A stretch of DNA of 209 nt from Escherichia coli (GTDB lineage Bacteria > Pseudomonadota > Gammaproteobacteria > Enterobacterales > Enterobacteriaceae): the NCBI RefSeq assembly GCF_003334315.1, contig NZ_QOWR01000144.1; one strand, written 5' to 3'. The notes beneath the pieces are model-generated. The model worked only from the letters and a program-made list of their open reading frames with translations. It made no database searches and had not been told where the DNA came from. How positions within the stretch are numbered: position 1 is the first letter of the stretch; each line of letters starts with the position of its first letter. Positions 1 to 209 of the stretch are shown here, piece after piece. The position numbers and the translations under genes were made by a program.

Positions 1-209
1 AATGGCAGTCACGCATCCAGTTAATAAAGCACTCGTGAAATTTTGCAGGACTGATACAGGATACAACTCTGGCAATGATATCGTGAACAGGAATACCATT
101 TTCAAAATCACCATATCACTTCAAAACATCGGGATGTGTTTCCCCAAAATCCTCTATATCTTCCCAACCTTCTGCACCAGAAATAACGGCACAAATAGTC
201 AACAGTAGA
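1..209 (-). pseudogene. ISAs1-family transposase (H-repeat-associated protein family), internal N-terminal-region fragment, interrupted by an in-frame TGA; partial at both window edges
   Basis: Seen in sequence: minus-strand translation in the frame of + coordinates 2..208 gives [30 protein letters not shown] (+ 119..208), then TGA (+ 116..118), then [38 protein letters not shown] (+ 2..115). Established knowledge, recalled from memory and not searched: E. coli H-repeat-associated proteins such as YhhI carry an N-terminal stretch of roughly ...[69 protein letters not shown].... That leaves only about 3 substitutions plus the stop over 68 codons. No start or natural stop of the gene lies in the window. 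Confidence 0.72.
1..209 (-). mobile_element. Internal fragment of an ISAs1-family insertion sequence (H-repeat element); element ends and inverted repeats lie outside the window
   Basis: Inference from the transposase homology above. ISAs1-family elements are about 1.2-1.4 kb with a single transposase ORF, so a 209-bp window inside the ORF cannot show the termini. The 40% GC (84 of 209 bases) fits a horizontally acquired element if the host is an enterobacterium, but the host is unknown. Confidence 0.6.
116..118 (-). other. In-frame premature stop codon (TGA) within the transposase reading frame
   Basis: Seen in sequence: + strand 116..118 is tca, which reads TGA on the minus strand, in the same frame as the conserved peptide on both sides. 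From memory, intact homologues have a sense codon here (Gln, or possibly Arg; a CGA to TGA change would be a single transition). Confidence 0.7.

Noticed and set aside
116-118. TGA as selenocysteine or programmed readthrough/recoding site
   Set aside because: Homologous transposases are not selenoproteins, and from memory the aligned position is an ordinary sense residue. I see no obvious stem-loop immediately downstream on the minus strand that would act as a SECIS-like element. A nonsense mutation or sequencing error is the simpler explanation.
100-160. AT-rich stretches resembling promoter -10 hexamers (e.g. around catatca at 112..118 and ctatatc at 153..159)
   Set aside because: They lie inside a coding frame, have no properly spaced -35 partner that I can identify, and are expected by chance in 40% GC sequence. 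There is no basis for calling a promoter.
2-208. The + strand 68-aa ORF ([68 protein letters not shown]) as a real protein-coding gene or novel small protein
   Set aside because: It lies exactly antisense to a much better-supported conserved transposase frame. The peptide has no recognisable motif. The ATG sits at position 2, so no upstream ribosome-binding site can be assessed. Long antisense open frames are a common artefact opposite real genes.
1-209. A previously undescribed biological system (defence system, toxin-antitoxin, CRISPR, etc.)
   Set aside because: The whole window is accounted for by a fragment of a known insertion-sequence transposase family. It contains no repeats, arrays or extra ORFs; 209 bp is too short to support more.

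Overview
This 209-bp window (about 40% GC by my count) is most likely an internal fragment of an ISAs1-family transposase gene (the H-repeat-associated protein family, e.g. the YhhI/YdcC/YbfD paralogs of E. coli) encoded on the minus strand and running off both window edges. Translating the reverse complement in the frame covering + coordinates 2..208 gives [68 protein letters not shown]. From memory, this is near-identical to the N-terminal region of those proteins, but I could not run a search to confirm it. The frame has a single in-frame TGA (+ strand 116..118) with homology continuing in the same frame on both sides, so the best call is a nonsense-inactivated transposase copy (pseudogene) or a sequencing error at that codon. 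The supplied + strand ORF (2..208, 68 aa) is almost certainly the antisense shadow of this gene. I see no evidence for a novel system in this window; the interest is the mobile-element context and the disrupted transposase.
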